DNA of 64,000 bases from a virus, in the IMG/VR virus record IMGVR_UViG_3300002307_000003, one strand, 5' to 3'. Shown in pieces: positions 44,111 to 54,254 of this stretch. The position numbers were made by a program, and so were the translations under genes. The first letter of the stretch is position 1, and each line of letters starts with the position of its first letter. Under the pieces are notes generated by a model that ran no database searches, was not told the DNA's origin, and saw nothing but the letters and a program-made list of their open reading frames with translations.

Positions 44111-47100
44111 TTATAATACCAACCATCGTGATCCAGATGGTATTGTTACTGATTGTCCTGTTGCTACAGTGATAGGTCCTACAGCTATTGCATTGCTACC
44201 GGTAGGTATTACATAACTTGCCGATACAGTCTTACTATGCACAATCATTCCGTTTGATGCTACTACGTTAGGTGCTGTTAATGCGCCTGTAGAAGGATTG
44301 GCAGTAAAGTTAGTATTCACATAATCAACACTAGTTGATCCGCTAGATGCTGACTGGAATCCTAAATTATAGTTCGTGTTACTTGAGGTGGATGTAATTG
44401 TCAAACCACCTGTTGCTGCAGCCCAAGTTGCTGTTGTACCATTGGATGTTAATACATAAGTATTTGTACCAATAGCTAAACGTGTAGCACTATTAGTTCC
44501 GTTACCTATAATTAAATCACCCGCTGTGGTAATTGGACTTAATGCGTTAAATGCTGCACTTGCAGTTGTTTGTCCTGTACCACCATTTGTAATAGCTAAA
44601 GTACCTGCTAATGTAATTGCACCTGTGGTTGCACTACTTGGTGTTAATCCTGTTGTACCTGCACTAAAACTTGTGACACCGCCCGTTGATGCTGCCCATG
44701 TTGGCACACCAGAAGCTAATGTTAACACATAACCATTGGTGCCTGCAGTTAATTTACTTAAAGTATTTGCGGCCGATGCATATATTAAATCACCCGTAGC
44801 ATAAGTACTAAATCCTGTGCCGCCACTTGTTGCACCTAATGTGCCAGCTAATGTAACTGCACCTGTAGTTGCTGTATTTGGTGTCAATCCACTTAAACTT
44901 GTTTGGAATGATGTTACACCACCAGTAGATGCTTGCCACGATGCTGTCGTTCCATTCGAGGTTAAAACATATCCGTTTGTACCTATAGCTAATCTTGTTG
45001 CGCTATTAACACCATTACCAAGAATCAAATCGCCAGTTGAGGTAATTGGTGATAATGCATTAAATGCTGCACTTGCTGTCGTTTGTCCTGTACCACCATT
45101 ACCAATGGCTACCGTACCTGTAACATTTGCTGCATTTCCACTAATATTACCACTAACTTGGGATCCTGGCAAACTTAACGCACTTAATGTAGTGAGTGTT
45201 GAGTTACTTGTTGCAGTAATATTTGCTGCAGTACCTGTTGTATTCTGATTAAACGTAGGCCATGTAAATGTACCTGTACTAAAGTTACCACTTTGTGGTG
45301 TTCCAAGTATGGGTGTTGTAAAACTTGGACTTGTTGCTAATGCTACAACTGTACCAGAACCTGTTGTGGTATATGATGTTCCCCACGCAGTGCCTGTTGA
45401 ATTTGGTATTCCTGCACCTGGATAAACCATGGTGCTTGTTGCATTAATTGTTATTGCTGCCGAACCATTATATGTAGTGCCAGAACTAAATGTTATGTTT
45501 GTTCCTGCTGTGAGCGCATTGGCTACACTACCTGCTGATCCCGTTGTATTCTGATTAAACGTAGGCCATGTAAATGTACCTGTACTAAAGTTACCACTTG
45601 TAGGTGTACCTAAAACAGGTGTTACTAACGATGGAGAAGTATTAAGTACATTGCTGCCTGATCCAGTAGAGGTTGTAACTCCCGTACCACCAGAAAGAAC
45701 AGGAAGGGTGCCAGTAGTAAGAACAGAAGTTGATGACGCATAAACTGCTCCGTTTAAAGTAAATGATGATAAATTAGTACCACCGTTTGCTGTAGGTAAT
45801 ACGCCCGTCACGCCGGTTGTTAATGGTAGTCCTGTTGCACTAGTCAGTACAATAGCTGTTGGTGTGCCTAAAGCAGGAGTTACTAATGTAGGACTTGTTG
45901 CAAATACTAATGCACCAGAACCTGTTTCATCTGTTACGGCTGCTGCTAAATTAGCTGAACTTGGAGTTGCTAACCATGTTGCTACATTTGTACCTAATCC
46001 AGTAATAGATCCTACTGCGGGAGTTACTGTTGTATTGCCTGCTAAAGTCAATTGACCTTGAGCATTGACTGTAAATGTGCCTACTTGAGTAGCTGATCCA
46101 TAAGCATTTGCAGTGACTGCAGTGTTTGCAATACTAAATTGAGTGCCAGTAAGTGATAATCCTGTGCCTGCTGTATATGCTCCAGGGCCTGCAATTTGGG
46201 TAAATGATAATGCTGTTGTGCCAATTGTAATTGGGAAGTCTGTTGTTTGTACCCACTGCGTACTTGCATTCACTGTACCACTAATAATAAACATGGTATC
46301 ACCAGGAGCAACTTCATTTTGACCAGAGCCTACTTGATCATAGTCAGTGGCTCTTGTTAAAACCCAACCTACTATTAATGATCCTACACTTGTAACAGTG
46401 TACACACCATTATATTGTCCACTTGTTTCATTTTTAACTAAAATTCTTTGTCCGACTGTTGGACTTCCACCATCAATTGCAAGTGTTGCAAATGGTGTTG
46501 TTTTAGTTAATGTAGCTCCAACACCTGATGTTCCATTGCTATAAGTAACTGCGCCTAAATCTGCTGTAGTAGCATAATTACAAGCCGCATGGTAATTAAC
46601 ATTGGATACTGCCGCATCTACATATTGTTTTGTTGCTGCATCTAAGGCATTGGTCGGATTTTGTGTTAATGTAACAGTAGTTAATCCACCTAAAGTAAGT
46701 GATGTTCCACCTAAACTAATAGGTGTTGTTCCTATAGTTAACGAACTATTTGTTAGTGCACTATTAGGTATATTTGTTAATGTATTAGTCGATCCACTGA
46801 TTGACTTATTTGTTAATGTTTGACTACCTGTTAATGTGGCAACAGTTGAATCAATCGCAATTGTAACTGCTGCAGCACCTGTATAACTTGTACCACTTAA
46901 TCCTGTGCCTATCGTTAAAGCATTTGGATTAGCTGCTGTAATGGTGCCACTGCTACCTAAAGCAACAGCAACACCATTATAGGTAACTGAACTATTTGTT
47001 AAAGAGCTATTAGCAATATTAGTGAGCGTGTTATTCGCTCCACTAATTGTTTTATTTGTTAATGTTTGAGTGCCTGTTAGTGTTGCAACTGTTGAATCAA

Positions 47101-48133
47101 TTGCAATCGTAACTGGAGCAGATCCATTAAAACTTGTACCACTTAATCCTGTGCCAATCGTTAATGTGCTTGTTGTAGATGCAGTTACTGTTGTACTGCC
47201 GCCTAAACTTACACTATTACCATTAATGGTAATTGCGCTATTAGCTAATTGCACATTTGTAACTGTGCCACTTAATGCTGTCGTTGGTATAGTTGATGAT
47301 GCAGTAACTGCACTTGTTCCATTACCAATTAAATACCCTGTTAGTGTAGTAGCACCTGTACCGCCATTTGCTACATTTAATTTGCCACCTAATGTAATCG
47401 TGCCACTTGATGTGACAGGGCCACCTGATGTTGTAAGTCCTGTTGTGCCACCAGATACATCTACGCTTACTACTGTACCTGTACCAGCCACAGTAATCCA
47501 CTGTGTTTGGTAATCTAAACCATTTATTTTAGCTAATACTTGGTTTGTATTACCTCCTGCAGCAACGCCCGGACCCGCAGGTCCTGTAGCACCTTGTGTG
47601 CCTTGTGCGCCTGTAGCGCCTTGTGGTATAACAAAATTAAATACAGCAGCGCTTGAAGTTCCAGAATTATTTACTGATGCATAAGTTCCCGGTGCACCGG
47701 TATCTGTAACTCCTACAACAATCGTTGCAGCTGTTCCTGGATTACCCTGTGCGCCCGCGGGTCCTTGCGGTCCCGTAGCCCCTGTAGATCCTGTAGCACC
47801 TTGAGGACCTTGTGGAATGCCAAAATTAAATATGGCATTTTGTGCATTACCTACATTAGTTACTGTAGCACTTGATCCTGCGGACAATGTTGTCGTAGTA
47901 CCAACTGTCACTGATGCTACAACTGGACCTACAGTAGATGTTGTACCATCACTATAATTAAATACAATATTACTGCCAGATAGCTGAGCACTTGTAATAA
48001 GTTTGCCAGGCGATACCGCATTAGCAACCTGCGATACTGATGACTGTTTTGTTACGCCTCTTTGTACGACAACCGTTAACTCTGAACCCGTTAAGGCAGA
48101 CGCGACTGGCAGTTGCGATATCGGTTGATCCAT
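44111..48133 (-). CDS. giant tail fibre with collagen-like and internal repeats
   Basis: 1340 aa. G-X-Y runs (GPQGATGSTGATGPQGPAGAQGNPG; GATGAQGTQGATGPAGPG). Repeated blocks TFTWPTFNQNTTG and GGTGQTTASAAFNALSPIT. Near-identical DNA repeats at about 45246-45295 and 45549-45598. Confidence 0.8.
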   Translation of the reverse strand: MDQPISQLPVASALTGSELTVVVQRGVTKQSSVSQVANAVSPGKLITSAQLSGSNIVFNYSDGTTSTVGPVVASVTVGTTTTLSAGSSATVTNVGNAQNAIFNFGIPQGPQGATGSTGATGPQGPAGAQGNPGTAATIVVGVTDTGAPGTYASVNNSGTSSAAVFNFVIPQGATGAQGTQGATGPAGPGVAAGGNTNQVLAKINGLDYQTQWITVAGTGTVVSVDVSGGTTGLTTSGGPVTSSGTITLGGKLNVANGGTGATTLTGYLIGNGTSAVTASSTIPTTALSGTVTNVQLANSAITINGNSVSLGGSTTVTASTTSTLTIGTGLSGTSFNGSAPVTIAIDSTVATLTGTQTLTNKTISGANNTLTNIANSSLTNSSVTYNGVAVALGSSGTITAANPNALTIGTGLSGTSYTGAAAVTIAIDSTVATLTGSQTLTNKSISGSTNTLTNIPNSALTNSSLTIGTTPISLGGTSLTLGGLTTVTLTQNPTNALDAATKQYVDAAVSNVNYHAACNYATTADLGAVTYSNGTSGVGATLTKTTPFATLAIDGGSPTVGQRILVKNETSGQYNGVYTVTSVGSLIVGWVLTRATDYDQVGSGQNEVAPGDTMFIISGTVNASTQWVQTTDFPITIGTTALSFTQIAGPGAYTAGTGLSLTGTQFSIANTAVTANAYGSATQVGTFTVNAQGQLTLAGNTTVTPAVGSITGLGTNVATWLATPSSANLAAAVTDETGSGALVFATSPTLVTPALGTPTAIVLTSATGLPLTTGVTGVLPTANGGTNLSSFTLNGAVYASSTSVLTTGTLPVLSGGTGVTTSTGSGSNVLNTSPSLVTPVLGTPTSGNFSTGTFTWPTFNQNTTGSAGSVANALTAGTNITFSSGTTYNGSAAITINATSTMVYPGAGIPNSTGTAWGTSYTTTGSGTVVALATSPSFTTPILGTPQSGNFSTGTFTWPTFNQNTTGTAANITATSNSTLTTLSALSLPGSQVSGNISGNAANVTGTVAIGNGGTGQTTASAAFNALSPITSTGDLILGNGVNSATRLAIGTNGYVLTSNGTTASWQASTGGVTSFQTSLSGLTPNTATTGAVTLAGTLGATSGGTGFSTYATGDLIYASAANTLSKLTAGTNGYVLTLASGVPTWAASTGGVTSFSAGTTGLTPSSATTGAITLAGTLAITNGGTGQTTASAAFNALSPITTAGDLIIGNGTNSATRLAIGTNTYVLTSNGTTATWAAATGGLTITSTSSNTNYNLGFQSASSGSTSVDYVNTNFTANPSTGALTAPNVVASNGMIVHSKTVSASYVIPTGSNAIAVGPITVATGQSVTIPSGSRWLVL

Positions 48134-48146
48134 TTTATCTCTTTAA

Positions 48147-48782
48147 TTAAGTGTAAGTAAATATACCAACACCTGTGCCAATTCCGTAAGGATTGATAAC
48201 AACGACATCTGCAGATCCTGCAGTATGCGGTGGTGTTGTTACTACTATATTTCTATCATCTAGTACAATCATACTAGAACATGGTAATAAGCCAATTGAT
48301 ACCGTTGTTGCATATGTAAAATACAATCCTTGAATGGTAACAATAGTGCCGCCTAAATGAGTTGTTGTGCTTGGATTGACACCCAATACACTTGGTGGGT
48401 TTCCTACTGATGGTGGAGGTGGTGGAGGCGTTGGAGTATAAGTATTACCATACTCTGCAATTGGGCCTACAGTTAAATCACCTTGCTGACCTGAATAGGT
48501 TGGTACACCTTCAATAAATATTGAATTCTCATCTTGTGTTTGAATATGTAAAGCATCCACGGCAACACTTTTATCTGGTCTTGGAAAACGTAATGCAATG
48601 TTTTCTGTTTGAATTGCAGGTAAACGCCAAGGATCAAATTGATCTACATCATCTTTACATACACGCATACCAGGAAAATTTGGATCTGGCATTAACTCGC
48701 CATACGGAAACTTCCTACTGCAGCGATCACAGATCGCTATAGAAAGAACAGAGTTTCCGCGCGTGTCGATGTAAACTGGCAT
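48147..48782 (-). CDS. structural protein with poly-Pro linker and IPT/TIG-like Ig domain
   Basis: PPPPPP linker, then GGTIVTIQGLYF...VTTPPHTAGSADVVVIN, typical of an IPT/TIG fold. Confidence 0.55.
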   Translation of the reverse strand: MPVYIDTRGNSVLSIAICDRCSRKFPYGELMPDPNFPGMRVCKDDVDQFDPWRLPAIQTENIALRFPRPDKSVAVDALHIQTQDENSIFIEGVPTYSGQQGDLTVGPIAEYGNTYTPTPPPPPPSVGNPPSVLGVNPSTTTHLGGTIVTIQGLYFTYATTVSIGLLPCSSMIVLDDRNIVVTTPPHTAGSADVVVINPYGIGTGVGIFTYT

Positions 48783-48792
48783 TTAAGTGCCT

Positions 48793-49575
48793 TTAAGCCG
48801 TTTGGCTATTATTTTTTATTAAAATACCACCAGCATAAATGTTTGCAGTAAATGGACTTCCTGTATTTGATACTACTTGCCATTGAATATCAGTTTTTTC
48901 AGTATGTGCAACATATGTTGCAAAAGGTACATTTAAAACTTGAACAAAAGTTGTTTGGTTTAATAAATTAATTTCACCAGTTACATTATTTTTATTATAT
49001 TCAACATATTTCATATAATTGCTTGATGTAAAACCAATACTTGCATCTGCTTGAATGTATTTTAAATAAAATGTATAACCTGCAGGAACTGTATATAAAG
49101 ACATTTGTGTTTGTCCAATACCTGCATTTATTTTAGCATAAGTTGCTGAACTAATTTTTGCAGTAATATTACCTACATTAATTCCATTAGTTGTAGACAT
49201 TAAATTAATACGTAAAAATGAATTTACTGTAGTAACATTAGTTGTCCCATTCATTGCAATGGTTTCTGTAATAGGTGCAAAATTTGCATCTAAACCTTGA
49301 ATTTGAATACTTAATGCAGATGTGTCTGATGCAGAATCACTTACTAAAACAAGTTGAGCTGCAGAGCTTGGATAAGCGTAAGCACCGCCTGATAATGTTA
49401 AGCCTTCCCATAATGGGCCTAATGCTGTTGATCCTACGGTAGTACTATAACCAAAAATATCTAAAGACGTATGTCCCATGATTTGATTACGAGCTACTTG
49501 AAGATCAAATGGCTCATAAGCTCCCTGAACCGTAACTGAGTGCGGTGGGGCTACTTGCTGAAGATTTGTTGCCAT
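48793..49575 (-). CDS. virion structural protein
   Basis: ATG 49575 (MATNLQQ) is preferred over the longer track start. Confidence 0.5.
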   Translation of the reverse strand: MATNLQQVAPPHSVTVQGAYEPFDLQVARNQIMGHTSLDIFGYSTTVGSTALGPLWEGLTLSGGAYAYPSSAAQLVLVSDSASDTSALSIQIQGLDANFAPITETIAMNGTTNVTTVNSFLRINLMSTTNGINVGNITAKISSATYAKINAGIGQTQMSLYTVPAGYTFYLKYIQADASIGFTSSNYMKYVEYNKNNVTGEINLLNQTTFVQVLNVPFATYVAHTEKTDIQWQVVSNTGSPFTANIYAGGILIKNNSQTA

Positions 49576-49630
49576 AATTAATTGTCCTTTATAAGTTAAA
49601 CAGAGGGGGAATTGCTTCCCCCGCAATTAA

Positions 49631-50161
49631 TTAGTTGTTTGTTAAACCAGAACCGTAAGCAATGATAGAACCATCAACGTTTCGTGCAACATAAGAAACA
49701 TCAAGTACGCCTGCTAATGTACCTGTAATAGCTGATCTTGCCCATGTAAATGTGATTGTTACATCTGATGTACCAACGTTAGCTAAAAGAGCGGCTGCTG
49801 CTGTTGTTGTGGCTGGAACCATTGAAATTACTCCACCATTTGTAGCAGTTGCTGTAATTGTACCAATTGTTGTAGCGCCGATTGCAGCAGTGATAACACC
49901 TGAAGTTAATGCTGAAGGAGCTGTTGTTTCAAATAATCTAATGTTTGAAATTAAAGAGCCAGCTGGAATAACAACGCTATCTACTGTTGTTGATTGTGAG
50001 CCGATACCGTATGTAGTGATTGCGCCTGCAGTAGCTACGCCTGAGAATTGAACTTGTTGAGTTACACTTGCAGCGCCAGTGTTATCTGGAGCAATAGTGC
50101 CGTCGTTTGTTGGATTATTACGTTTAAAAATACGTATTGGGGTTGTGAATGTTGATGACAT
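49631..50161 (-). CDS. virion structural protein
   Basis: 176 aa, Thr/Ala-rich. AAGGA RBS. Has its own promoter-like element. Confidence 0.55.
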   Translation of the reverse strand: MSSTFTTPIRIFKRNNPTNDGTIAPDNTGAASVTQQVQFSGVATAGAITTYGIGSQSTTVDSVVIPAGSLISNIRLFETTAPSALTSGVITAAIGATTIGTITATATNGGVISMVPATTTAAAALLANVGTSDVTITFTWARSAITGTLAGVLDVSYVARNVDGSIIAYGSGLTNN

Positions 50162-50257
50162 GTTAGTTTTCCTTAATCTTAGTGATTATCCCAAACTGTC
50201 TCTAAGTCGTCTATCGGGAAGTGTCGATAGTCAGAGTGAGATGATTCTTCCTATGCC

Positions 50258-50288
50258 TACTAATGCATAAATTTTAAGTCTTTCGCCC
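50258..50288 (-). promoter_or_regulatory. bipartite promoter-like element GGGCG-N16-TGCATTAGTA
   Basis: TACTAATGCA 50258-50267, 16 nt, then CGCCC 50284-50288. Sits directly after the capsid-gene terminator. Confidence 0.6.
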
Positions 50289-50301
50289 TAAAATTGATAA
50301 C

Positions 50302-50330
50302 AAAAAAGCCAGCATATAGCTGGCTTTTTT
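50302..50330 (-). terminator. intrinsic (bidirectional-looking) terminator after the capsid gene
   Basis: AAAAAA-GCCAGC-ATATA-GCTGGC-TTTTTT. Confidence 0.75.
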
Positions 50331-50346
50331 GACATTACTAATAAAA

Positions 50347-51264
50347 CTATAGACCTGCTGTACCATAAATGTTACGAGCATCATGCCAACCTGTAGCATA
50401 ACGTTCTGTAGCTTTATAGCGCATAGAATCAGTTTCGAAGTCGCCTTCCATAGATTTCTCCATTGGACGACGCATTACTAACATGAGACCATTTTCAGCA
50501 TCTGTTTGAATCCACCAAGCTTTTGAAGAGCTTAGACGAGTCACAACGTGTGTACCTTTTGGTAACATACCTGTTGACTTGATTGGGTTCAAATCGTTGT
50601 CTGCAGTACCTGAACGTAAAACTGATTTAAGAATAACTTCAGCTTGGAATTCAAGTGCTGGTGGAACAACTAATTGTTCAGCTTTTAATCTAATACGTTT
50701 GCCGTTGTTGTCAACTGCAGAACGGATTTGAATTAACATTTGCTCAACTGATGTTTGTGATAACGAAGCTGCTGTTGATAATTGGTTAGAATAAGATCCA
50801 CCATTAGCAATAGGGTGAGCTGTGTTAATTAAAGTTACACCATCGCCGCCAACATAACCGCTTGTGAAAGCAAAGTTAAGTAAGTTAGCGCATAATGTTT
50901 CTTTAGTTTCAATCATAGATTGAGCTAAGTGTTTAGCGAATGTTGAGCCAATACGAATATGATCACCATCTTCCATCAAAACTTTAGTTAAAGCATATGC
51001 TAAACCATAGATTTGGTAGATAAAACGAGTGATATATAACGTACCGCCTTGGTCGTAGCTTACTGGAGTGCCGTCAGGCATTGCAGGGGCTGCGTTCATA
51101 CCAAATAACATTACTTCTTCGTGATAGTTACGTGGAATACCTTGTATTTGTTCTACAAAGCCTTTCCATTCATCATCACGCTGTTCATAAACACCATCAA
51201 AGACTTCGTTGATAATCGGTTCGACTACCGCACGAAAGTCCGTACTTCTCATTGGGGTTGCCAT
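50347..51264 (-). CDS. major capsid protein (HK97-fold-like)
   Basis: 305 aa. Assigned from its position after scaffold-like genes and before a strong terminator, and from a general resemblance to phage capsid families (memory only, no search). Confidence 0.6.
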   Translation of the reverse strand: MATPMRSTDFRAVVEPIINEVFDGVYEQRDDEWKGFVEQIQGIPRNYHEEVMLFGMNAAPAMPDGTPVSYDQGGTLYITRFIYQIYGLAYALTKVLMEDGDHIRIGSTFAKHLAQSMIETKETLCANLLNFAFTSGYVGGDGVTLINTAHPIANGGSYSNQLSTAASLSQTSVEQMLIQIRSAVDNNGKRIRLKAEQLVVPPALEFQAEVILKSVLRSGTADNDLNPIKSTGMLPKGTHVVTRLSSSKAWWIQTDAENGLMLVMRRPMEKSMEGDFETDSMRYKATERYATGWHDARNIYGTAGL

Positions 51265-51285
51265 CTAAGAGTTCCTTTCGTTACG

Positions 51286-51948
51286 TTACACTGACACTGA
51301 AGCGGCAGCGAACTGGTTATTAGAAATTTGTACTTGAACGATAGTGTAAGCATCACCCCATTGATTTGTGTTACCTGCTGGGTATGCTACTTCACGACCT
51401 AATCCAACTACACGCACTTGTCCTTGAGCACCTGTACCAACTGCTGTTGCAAGCAACGCAGTAGTAGAGAAACCAGCGCCACCATTACCGATAGCAACGC
51501 CATCAGCTACTGTGTAGTTAGTTGTTGTGTCAAAGTTATATTCTGTACCGATTGCTGCTGTTGTAGCTGAGCCGTTAACTTGCGCTTCATATACTAATGC
51601 AGGATCAGAAAAAATCCAAAATACAATGTTTGTTGAAGCATCAAGAGTTAATTTTGATGCATATTTTGCTACTGAACGACGACCGTCAGAGTTTGTATAC
51701 TCTACGCCATCGAACACGCCATATACCTTACCGCTTGCAGCAGTTTGGTTAGCGATTGTTAATTGACCTGTTGAAGTGATCGCTACAGGTTGGTATTGCC
51801 AGAAAGACTGGCCGGAACTCAAACTGTAAGGAGCTGTGTATGTCACACCTTGGACAAATGTGTTAGTACCTACGAATGGTACAGCACGATCTAATCCACT
51901 TGGGTGATACGCTGGCTTCAGGCCAAAGGGTTGAAATGTTGCTGACAT
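51286..51948 (-). CDS. head-associated structural protein
   Basis: 220-aa ORF immediately upstream of the capsid gene. Confidence 0.5.
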   Translation of the reverse strand: MSATFQPFGLKPAYHPSGLDRAVPFVGTNTFVQGVTYTAPYSLSSGQSFWQYQPVAITSTGQLTIANQTAASGKVYGVFDGVEYTNSDGRRSVAKYASKLTLDASTNIVFWIFSDPALVYEAQVNGSATTAAIGTEYNFDTTTNYTVADGVAIGNGGAGFSTTALLATAVGTGAQGQVRVVGLGREVAYPAGNTNQWGDAYTIVQVQISNNQFAAASVSV

Positions 51949-51978
51949 AATGTCTTTTTCCTTTGTGATTGAAGATTG

Positions 51979-52536
51979 TTATTGAAATCTAATATTTTTA
52001 TTATTAGCTTTTGCAGTATCTTTTTCCATTTCTAATAATCCGCCTTCAAGAATAGAGCGTCCGCCTTTACGATCTTCTGAAGTATTACGTACTTGCGCAG
52101 TAATATTACGTTGATGTTCAAGAGGGTCTTCTAAGTGAAGCATTCTCATAACTTCTTGATATACGTCTTCTGGTAATTTAAAAAGTACCATTTCATTACA
52201 ACTAATACAGCCTTCAAACTTGCCTGAGCTCATTTTGCCTAGTCCTTCAAAGCCTAATCCTAATTCCCCGGCTTTAACTGGCTCATAACCCAACGCCATA
52301 CGTTTGTCGATACTGTCATATGTGTTTGTTGTTGACAACCAACACAAGTGCATGCCAGGAATAGAATTCGCTGGAATGTCAGGCAGTGCGCTATTTGCCC
52401 ATTTATCTCTGAACGCATCAAGGCGTTCGCGATGCGCGATGTCATCGGGATTAGCTACATTAGCTCTATCCATAACTTCTTTTGCTCGATCGGTCATACG
52501 ATCGTCTAAATCTCTTTTAATTCTTGTATTAGCCAT
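51979..52536 (-). CDS. head-module hypothetical protein
   Basis: 185-aa ORF. Confidence 0.5.
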   Translation of the reverse strand: MANTRIKRDLDDRMTDRAKEVMDRANVANPDDIAHRERLDAFRDKWANSALPDIPANSIPGMHLCWLSTTNTYDSIDKRMALGYEPVKAGELGLGFEGLGKMSSGKFEGCISCNEMVLFKLPEDVYQEVMRMLHLEDPLEHQRNITAQVRNTSEDRKGGRSILEGGLLEMEKDTAKANNKNIRFQ

Positions 52537-52541
52537 GATAA

Positions 52542-53561
52542 TTATCCTTTATTAGCGCGATCATACGAAGCGTATGCGCGGATCATTTTATTTCGTTTAT
52601 CTACATCGTCCCATGCACCTGCATCTTTAATTGCCTGAACTCTATCACGACTTAACGTAATGGTATTTGGCTTTGCAGTTGAAGTATTTGCTACCCTACT
52701 TGATGCTGTAGGTCCAGCCGATCTTCTATTATTCATGTTATTCCCTTTCGCTGTGTAGCGATGGGGCAAACGAGCAGATAATCGGTTGTCTAGTTCGTCC
52801 CAATATTCAGGATCTGCGGGATCCCAACCGTCGGCGACTAACTCTTGATCTATTACCTTGGCAATTCTACTATCTGTATCTCTAGCATCTGTATCATACC
52901 AAGAATTACGCTTTAACCACTGAGTTGCGTTTCTTTGTACCTCAGCTGTTAATGTTGTGGGTACATTTTCTCTTGGTCTCTTTGCTGCTTCGAGTTGTTG
53001 TTTTTTAAAATGTTGCATTTGTTGTAACCGTTGTTTTGCATCGGTTAACTGTTCCAAATACTCTATTTGACCGGCTGCATCATTAGATTGTGCAGCTTGT
53101 AACATTTTCATTTTTGCATATTCAACTTTTGTGGCTTCATCTTCGAGTGTTTTATCGAGTTGAGCCATTTTAAATGAAGATGCAGTACTCTCTAATTTAG
53201 CTAATCTGTTAGCTAATTCTTCATTTCGTCGTTCAAGAGCACTAATTTTGTGTTTTGATGAAGCTTCACGTTGTTTTTGTAGTTCTTTTTTAAGTCTACG
53301 TTCTTCTCGGCGCGCTTCACGAATTTTTTCTCGTTCTTCATCAGATTCTTCATTAGTTTGGTCATCATCTTGATGATCTTCTGATTCGGAGTCTGTATTT
53401 TCTTCTGTTTCAGTAGGTTCAGCCGGTTCTTCAACCTTGCCACCTTCTTTTAGTTCTGGTGTTTCATCATCTGCGAAGGCATCTTCGAGATTTTCCACTT
53501 TGGCTAGAACTGAGCCGTCTTCTTGTTCCTTAATAGGAACATCTTTTTCTTTATCTGCCAT
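52542..53561 (-). CDS. scaffolding-like protein
   Basis: Acidic N-terminus and long charged coiled-coil segments (EEREKIREARREERRLKKELQKQRE). Position in the head module. Confidence 0.55.
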   Translation of the reverse strand: MADKEKDVPIKEQEDGSVLAKVENLEDAFADDETPELKEGGKVEEPAEPTETEENTDSESEDHQDDDQTNEESDEEREKIREARREERRLKKELQKQREASSKHKISALERRNEELANRLAKLESTASSFKMAQLDKTLEDEATKVEYAKMKMLQAAQSNDAAGQIEYLEQLTDAKQRLQQMQHFKKQQLEAAKRPRENVPTTLTAEVQRNATQWLKRNSWYDTDARDTDSRIAKVIDQELVADGWDPADPEYWDELDNRLSARLPHRYTAKGNNMNNRRSAGPTASSRVANTSTAKPNTITLSRDRVQAIKDAGAWDDVDKRNKMIRAYASYDRANKG

Positions 53562-53583
53562 TTTCTACTTTCTTCAAAGTTAA

Positions 53584-54027
53584 TTAATCAACAAACGCTT
53601 TCATTTTCTGCGCAAATTCATAAGACTTAATGCGAGAAATGATTTCACGAGCCTGTAATGTAATAAACACTACTGGAGCACCTTCATCACCTGCGTCAAC
53701 TACAAAGCGATCGCCACCATATTTGATAGTTCTCACTAAGTCGCCTTCTTTACACCATGCGCCCTCAGGCCATGATTCAAGTGTGAAAGGATCTTTGTAT
53801 GCTAAAGGGCCTATTTGCACCACTTTTGCTACAGTCTCATTAAATTTAATAGTTTGTCTTGTTTCGTCTACCAATAAAATTCCACCCTTGCTTAATGTCT
53901 TTTCTCGTCTTAATTGAACGAGTACTCGATCACCCGCAACTTCAATACCTGGGTCAATTACTGGAAAACAATCTAATTCGGAACGCATATCTGGATCCGC
54001 GTTTCCTACAACGTCAAATGCTGCCAT
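53584..54027 (-). CDS. GroES/Cpn10-like co-chaperonin
   Basis: GDRVLVQLRREKTLSKGGILLV...VAKVVQIG...KEGDLVRTIKYGG parallels the GroES pattern DRVIVKR..ETKSAGGIVL...VLAVG...VGDIV. Confidence 0.55.
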   Translation of the reverse strand: MAAFDVVGNADPDMRSELDCFPVIDPGIEVAGDRVLVQLRREKTLSKGGILLVDETRQTIKFNETVAKVVQIGPLAYKDPFTLESWPEGAWCKEGDLVRTIKYGGDRFVVDAGDEGAPVVFITLQAREIISRIKSYEFAQKMKAFVD

Positions 54028-54054
54028 TCGGCAATCCTCCTTAAACTTTACAGT

Positions 54055-54249
54055 TTAGTTGTTATGATCTTCGTCATCTTCGGACATGATATCGTTAAGC
54101 AGATTTAATGCTGCTTGTAAACCTTGATGAGTACCAACAAGACGTTGATAGCTTTCAATGTTGATGGCATGTCCTGCGGTTAACGATTCCGCAATTTTCG
54201 TTTGCTCAGTCTTTATCTGACCGATTAATTCCGTAATGATATCTTTCAT
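54055..54249 (-). CDS. hypothetical small acidic protein
   Basis: 64-aa ORF. Its ATG starts 6 nt after the promoter-like motif, with no SD. Confidence 0.5.
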   Translation of the reverse strand: MKDIITELIGQIKTEQTKIAESLTAGHAINIESYQRLVGTHQGLQAALNLLNDIMSEDDEDHNN

Positions 54250-54254
54250 GCGAT

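Noticed and set aside
44526-47513. Plus-strand ORFs inside the 1340-aa fibre gene (44526-44732, 44817-45248, 45864-46055, 46347-46544, 46602-46823, 47070-47513).
   Set aside because: These are antisense to a continuous 4-kb ORF with clear fibre features. The Val/Pro-rich translations are typical of the antisense of Thr/Gly/Ala-rich genes.
36639-48133. Diversity-generating retroelement or retron acting on the fibre genes or the GC-rich region.
   Set aside because: No reverse-transcriptase-like ORF (no YxDD motif context) exists anywhere in the window. The paralog differences are not adenine-specific.
4913-51601. Intragenic TGCATTAGTA copies (4913, 10229, 45905, 51592) as internal promoters.
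   Set aside because: Not rejected outright, but down-weighted. All four encode Ala-Leu-Val with the genome's preferred codons GCA-TTA-GTA. MALV at 37727 gives the near-copy GGCATTAGTA. Codon usage may explain them, and they lack the GGGCG partner.
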